Positions 59,521 through 64,000 of a stretch of 64,000 nucleotides of DNA are shown in pieces. The position numbers and the translations under genes were made by a program. The notes below the pieces were generated by a model that searched no databases, had not been told where the DNA came from, and was given only the letters and a program-made list of their open reading frames with translations. This stretch comes from an uncultured Verrucomicrobiae bacterium (GTDB lineage: Bacteria > Verrucomicrobiota > Verrucomicrobiia > Chthoniobacterales > UBA10450). Position 1 is the stretch's first letter, and each line of letters opens with the position of its first letter. The DNA is taken from positions 128,001-192,000 of the forward strand of contig CAVTMK010000001.1 in the NCBI GenBank assembly GCA_963735805.1. The letters are read 5' to 3'.

Positions 59521-61287
59521 CTAGCCGAGTAAATCGCCGTAACGTTTGTCTGCCAGTTCGAGGCAGCGGGCCAAGATTTCCGAAGCGGTATTAAGCTTGA
59601 GCGTTTCCTCGACCAGTTCACGGCATTCGGGAATTGTCAGACTTTGCACCGCGCGTTTGACTCGCGGAACAAGGGTCGCACTCGCACTGAGCTCATCCAT
59701 GCCGAGACCCAGCAACAGCGGAACCAGTGCCACATCCCCGGCCATTTCGCCGCAAACGCCGACCCAAATGTGATTGGCATGCGCCGCGTCTGCGATCATT
59801 TTTAACAAACGCAGTATTGCCGGATGTGTCGGCTCGTAAAGGTACGCAAGCTTCTCGTTCACGCGATCGACTGCAAGGGCATATTGGATCAGGTCGTTCG
59901 TTCCAATACTGAAGAAATCGACTTCGGACGCGAGCGCGTTCGCGCAGATGGCTGCGCTAGGGATTTCGATCATCGCCCCAACCTCGATCTTTTCGGCCAC
60001 GGGAAGGCCCGACCGCCGCAACTCATCTTTGCACTCGGCGAGCACCGCCTTGGCACGCTGCAATTCCTCCAAACCCGAGATCATGGGAAACATGATTTTT
60101 ATATTGCCCACGACACTGGCACGAAGAATAGCCCGCAACTGCGTTTTAAAGATGTCTATGTTCTCGAGACAAAGTCGGATGGCGCGCCAGCCAAGGAAAG
60201 GGTTTAACTCATCCGTGATATCCACGGTACCAGGGGCCAGTTTGTCACCGCCAAGATCAAACGTTCTGATAATCAGCGGGTCAGGCCGGACACGTTCTGC
60301 AACTTTTCGATATGTCTCAAATTGTTCGTGCTCCGTTGGCAAAGTCGAGCGATTCAAATAGAGAAACTCCGTGCGATAAAGTCCGATGCCTTCTGCCCCA
60401 TTGGCCGCCACCGCGTCGACGTCTTGCGGGAGTTCGATATTTGCCGAGAGCACAATGTGACGACCGTCGCGTGTAGTCGATCTTGTCGTGCGCAGCTCTT
60501 TTAGTTGGGCCGTAACTTTGGCTCTCCGTGACTCAATTTCCGCGTAGTGCGCAATGGTTTGCGGTGCCGGATTAACAATCAGCAAGCCGTCGCTCCCGTC
60601 GAGAAGCACATGTTCGCCGGTCTCGAGTTTCGCGGTGATATCGTGCAATCCGACTATTGCGGGGATATTGAGAGAGCGCGCCAGGATCGCGGCGTGCGAT
60701 GTGCGGCTACCCAGATCGGTGGCAATCCCGAGCACGTTTGCCCGGTTAACGCTTGCGGTATCCGAGGGAGTGAGATTGTGCGCGACAAGAATGTGCGGCT
60801 CGTCCAGAGCTAAAAATGTTTTGGGAGCTTTTCCCTGCAAATTGCGAACCACGCGCTTCGTTACGTCCTGGATATCCAGCGCACGCTCTCGCAAATAGGG
60901 ATCGTCGATCTTGTTCAGGGTCTCGGCGTAACGCGTGGCGACTTCCTGAAAGACCCACTCCACGTTGCAAAGCTCCGTCTCCAGTTTCCGCAACACTTCG
61001 TCGATCAACGTACGATCCTCGACGACAAGCAGATGAGCATCGAAAATGGCCGCATCCTTCGCTCCAATGGATTCCGCAATGCGTTGTTGCATTTCCAGAA
61101 TCTGCATGCGCGTTTGGATGAGCGCGGTCTCGAAGCGCCCGATTTCATCCGCGACTTGGGAAGGCGCAATCCGGTAGCGCACGACGTCATCGAGGTCGTC
61201 GCGCACGACGTGGATCTTGCAGCAGGCCATCCCGGGCGATACCCCTGCTCCTTCAAATCGGATTTCCTGACGCGCGCTGTCGCTCAT
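59521..61287 (-). CDS. ptsI: PTS enzyme I
   Basis: TSHAAILAR, GLYRTEF, SIGTNDL, CGEMAG. Confidence 0.96.
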   Translation of the reverse strand: MSDSARQEIRFEGAGVSPGMACCKIHVVRDDLDDVVRYRIAPSQVADEIGRFETALIQTRMQILEMQQRIAESIGAKDAAIFDAHLLVVEDRTLIDEVLRKLETELCNVEWVFQEVATRYAETLNKIDDPYLRERALDIQDVTKRVVRNLQGKAPKTFLALDEPHILVAHNLTPSDTASVNRANVLGIATDLGSRTSHAAILARSLNIPAIVGLHDITAKLETGEHVLLDGSDGLLIVNPAPQTIAHYAEIESRRAKVTAQLKELRTTRSTTRDGRHIVLSANIELPQDVDAVAANGAEGIGLYRTEFLYLNRSTLPTEHEQFETYRKVAERVRPDPLIIRTFDLGGDKLAPGTVDITDELNPFLGWRAIRLCLENIDIFKTQLRAILRASVVGNIKIMFPMISGLEELQRAKAVLAECKDELRRSGLPVAEKIEVGAMIEIPSAAICANALASEVDFFSIGTNDLIQYALAVDRVNEKLAYLYEPTHPAILRLLKMIADAAHANHIWVGVCGEMAGDVALVPLLLGLGMDELSASATLVPRVKRAVQSLTIPECRELVEETLKLNTASEILARCLELADKRYGDLLG

Positions 61288-61403
61288 GCACTTGCCAGAG
61301 TAAAGCAGATGTCAAACAATGCGAGAATCCTGTTAGTCCCAGTCACAGAACGGTGCGCCGGTCCGAAAACCTTCGGGAATCACCGCAGCACGACGGCTCT
61401 ACC

Positions 61404-61715
61404 TCACTCCTCGTTAAAGCCGGCCTTGATCAATGCCTCGAGTTCTTCCACTGCCTTGTCGGCGTCTGGGCCTTCGCATCGGATGTGCAGCTTTGAACCC
61501 TGCCCCGCGGCCAGCATCATCAGGCCCATGATGCTCTTGCCATTTACCTCTTCTCCTTCTTTCGAAACCCAGACTTCCGCGCGATATCGACTGGCAATCC
61601 GCACGAACATGGCCGCCGGTCGTGCATGAAGTCCCAGCCGATTACTGATCGGAACGTCTTTTTCGATTTTCTGAGACGCTGCTGAGCCGCCCGTTTTTCG
61701 ATAGAGCAAACCCAT
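61404..61715 (-). CDS. ptsH: Phosphocarrier protein HPr
   Basis: GLHARPAA, NGKSIMGLMML. Confidence 0.95.
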   Translation of the reverse strand: MGLLYRKTGGSAASQKIEKDVPISNRLGLHARPAAMFVRIASRYRAEVWVSKEGEEVNGKSIMGLMMLAAGQGSKLHIRCEGPDADKAVEELEALIKAGFNEE

Positions 61716-62713
61716 TACACGGCTCCCTTCCGCTCCATCAAACTGAGTAATCTGGCATTGAAATCGACCGCACTGTTTTGACCCAGACCCTTCAATTTTT
61801 CATCCATCGCCGCGACTTCGATCAAACGCGCCATGTCACGACCTGGCCTCACCGGAATGGTAACGTGCGGCACCGGAAGCCCAAGGATCTCATAGAATTC
61901 TCGATCCAACCCGATTCGATCGACCTCTTCCACGTCGTGCCATTCCTTGAGCGTGACGACAAGGTCGAGGCGTTTTTCGATTCGAATGCTGCCGATGCCG
62001 AAGACCTTCGCCACGTCGATAATGCCAATGCCTCGCACTTCCATGTGATTACGAGTCAATTCGGGCGCTGTTGCCATAAGCTCCCGCCCTTCCACCGAAG
62101 TGATTCGCGTCACGTCATCCGCCACAAGACTGTAGCCTCGTTCGATCAGCCCGAGGACACATTCGCTTTTGCCAATTCCGCTCGCACCGCGGATCAAAAC
62201 GCCCACCCCAAGGATGTCCACCATGCTGCCGAACTCGGTGACTGTGGGAGAAAAATCCATTTCCAGAGCGATGGTCGCGGCATTGATAAATTTCATGGTA
62301 ATCATCGGAGTGCGAAACACCGCGATTTTTGCATCTGCGGCTACGGCCAGCAATTCCGGCGCAAGATGAAAACCACGAGACATGACAAGACAAGGGATTT
62401 TACGCTCGCATAATTTTCGAAATCGCCTGATGCGCAGCTTCGATGGCAAACTTTTCAAATAGGAATGCTCAGCCGCGCCGAGCACCTGCACACGTTTCTC
62501 GGCGAAATAAGTATAGAAGCCCGAGAGCGCCAGTCCGGGGCGGTTGATTGTGGGCTCGCGAATTTTTCGATGGAACCCCACGCGCTGCCCTTCCAATTTC
62601 ATCTGCAGTTTCTCGGCATGCGAATTGTAAAAGCTCTCCACCGTAACAACCGGGACGCTTTTCTGCCGATCGCTTGCAGATGTAATTGTTTGGGTTCCGC
62701 CTTGTTCCGCCAT
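61715..62713 (-). CDS. hprK: HPr kinase/phosphorylase
   Basis: NRPGLAL, GASGIGKSE, LVADD, MEVRGIGII, PVRPGR. Confidence 0.96.
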   Translation of the reverse strand: MAEQGGTQTITSASDRQKSVPVVTVESFYNSHAEKLQMKLEGQRVGFHRKIREPTINRPGLALSGFYTYFAEKRVQVLGAAEHSYLKSLPSKLRIRRFRKLCERKIPCLVMSRGFHLAPELLAVAADAKIAVFRTPMITMKFINAATIALEMDFSPTVTEFGSMVDILGVGVLIRGASGIGKSECVLGLIERGYSLVADDVTRITSVEGRELMATAPELTRNHMEVRGIGIIDVAKVFGIGSIRIEKRLDLVVTLKEWHDVEEVDRIGLDREFYEILGLPVPHVTIPVRPGRDMARLIEVAAMDEKLKGLGQNSAVDFNARLLSLMERKGAV

Positions 62714-62909
62714 GAGGCTTAACTTCTAGCGTGAATAGCGCGCAATTTCCAATCGACCATCGCATGTTTTACACACTCGTTACCACCACCTTCAAAAACG
62801 TGAAAATTTCAACGAGGGTTCAATCCCAATCAACGTCAGATCGACGACGACTGTAAGAGTCATCCGTACACTCCAACACACGATCTATTCCAAACGAGTT
62901 CAGTTTTTA

Positions 62910-63251
62910 TTAGCCTTTGCTCTGATCCTGATAGCGAATCACTTTCACTTTCTCGAGCGTTACCAAACCGCCACCTATCATTTCATCAAGCACAGGGAGG
63001 AATGCACTGATTTTTTTATCCGAGTCGACGATTTCGATTACCATTGGAAGATCCATGGACAAGCGAAGGATTTTCGCAGTGTGCAGGTGACTTGATTTCC
63101 CAAAACCCATCGGCCCGCGCAACACGGTCGCGCCCGCCAGTTCGAGTTCGCGTGCTTTCAATACAATCGCTTCGTAAAGCGGCTGATGCCGATAACGATC
63201 ACTTTCGCCAATAAAAATTCGCAGGAGCACGGCGTCTTCGGGAAGGTGCAT
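62910..63251 (-). CDS. DUF190 (PII-like) protein
   Basis: LLRIFIGESD, GATVLRG, LSMDLP; follows crcB. Confidence 0.92.
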   Translation of the reverse strand: MHLPEDAVLLRIFIGESDRYRHQPLYEAIVLKARELELAGATVLRGPMGFGKSSHLHTAKILRLSMDLPMVIEIVDSDKKISAFLPVLDEMIGGGLVTLEKVKVIRYQDQSKG

Positions 63252-63260
63252 GGTCGGTTT

Positions 63261-63650
63261 CTATTTCGGTAGTATCGCGAGAGCAAGAACGCGTCCAAGC
63301 CAGACCGCTATGAGACAGCAGATAAACGAAAGCAGTGTATTTAGGCCGGCCTTGAACCAATCTCCGTCCCGAATGAGATCGAGAGTTTGTAAGCTAAACG
63401 ACGAAAACGTGGTATACCCGCCGCACAGGCCAAGCATGAAGAATTGACGGAATCCAGGTGGCACCAGAAGCCGTCCCTCTGGATCCGTCAATGCAGCAAA
63501 GAACCCAATGACGAAGGAGCCAGTGACGTTTACGACGAGCGTATCAATGGGAAAAAGCTCCCCCAACTGTTCAGCAACAAATCCTGATATCCAAAATCGC
63601 GCTCCCGTCCCAAGTGCGCCGCCTAGCATTACCGAGATATAATTCAGCAT
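63261..63650 (-). CDS. crcB: Fluoride channel Fluc/CrcB
   Basis: GGALGTGAR, TLVVNVTGSF, GLCGGYTTFSSF. Confidence 0.96.
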   Translation of the reverse strand: MLNYISVMLGGALGTGARFWISGFVAEQLGELFPIDTLVVNVTGSFVIGFFAALTDPEGRLLVPPGFRQFFMLGLCGGYTTFSSFSLQTLDLIRDGDWFKAGLNTLLSFICCLIAVWLGRVLALAILPK

Positions 63651-63668
63651 TAAAAACTCCTTCCGATC

Positions 63669-63729
63669 GGAGGAGTCATTAGCTCACGCGGTTTTCCCAA
63701 TCTTGGGCGGGACGGCAAACTCCATTGCC
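63669..63729 (-). ncRNA. Fluoride (crcB) riboswitch
   Basis: Minus GGCAATGGAGTTTGCC...AAACCGCGTGAGCTAATGACTCCTCC directly upstream of crcB. Confidence 0.9.
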
Positions 63730-63809
63730 TTGTAACAGGTTAGCGTATGTTTGCAGCAACTCAAGGAAGATGGGGTCGCCCCCGCCAGCGCTGTGTTAGC
63801 CGCCACGCC

Positions 63810-64000
63810 TCACATCTTGAAACGCTCGCCGAGATAAAGCTGACGACTGATGGGATCGTTGATGAGAAAATCCTTTGTCCCTTCGCTCTCGACGCGCCCA
63901 TCGAAGATCAAATAAGCGCGGTCCACGATGGAAAGGGTCTCGCGCACGTTGTGATCAGTGATCATGATCGCAAGGCCTGACTTGCGCAGGTTTACGATAA
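63810..64000 (-). CDS. lptB: LPS export ABC ATPase, 3' end only
   Basis: Hand translation IMITDHNVRETLSIVDRAYLIFDG...RQLYLGERFKM*; absent from the ORF track. Confidence 0.92.
   Translation of the reverse strand, partial: IVNLRKSGLAIMITDHNVRETLSIVDRAYLIFDGRVESEGTKDFLINDPISRQLYLGERFKM

Overview
64-kb bacterial chromosomal window. Gene content and intergenic repeat style suggest a soil Verrucomicrobiota (Chthoniobacterales / 'Ca. Udaeobacter'-like) genome; this is an inference. The left part holds two tRNA-Leu genes, floA, an ECF sigma + Ser/Thr kinase pair, a TonB-dependent receptor, amtB, a sigma/anti-sigma/PDZ operon and secreted glycoside hydrolases. The right part is mostly housekeeping: gatB, aroC, CBS/CGL, rpsA, surE, asnS, speA, ptsI/HPr/hprK, a fluoride riboswitch with crcB, and the 3' end of lptB. 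The main finding is a decaying minus-strand integron cassette array at about 26.0-35.3 kb, with 9 complete and 3 partial attC-like sites and no integrase in the window. Its attC sites have an unusual 5-nt/8-nt spacer geometry. A family of tiny non-coding inserts (start TSGARC, end GAGTCAA, no terminal inverted repeats) has entered these attC sites and also a REP-like hairpin at 40.8 kb. All protein calls come from motif recognition by eye, not database searches.
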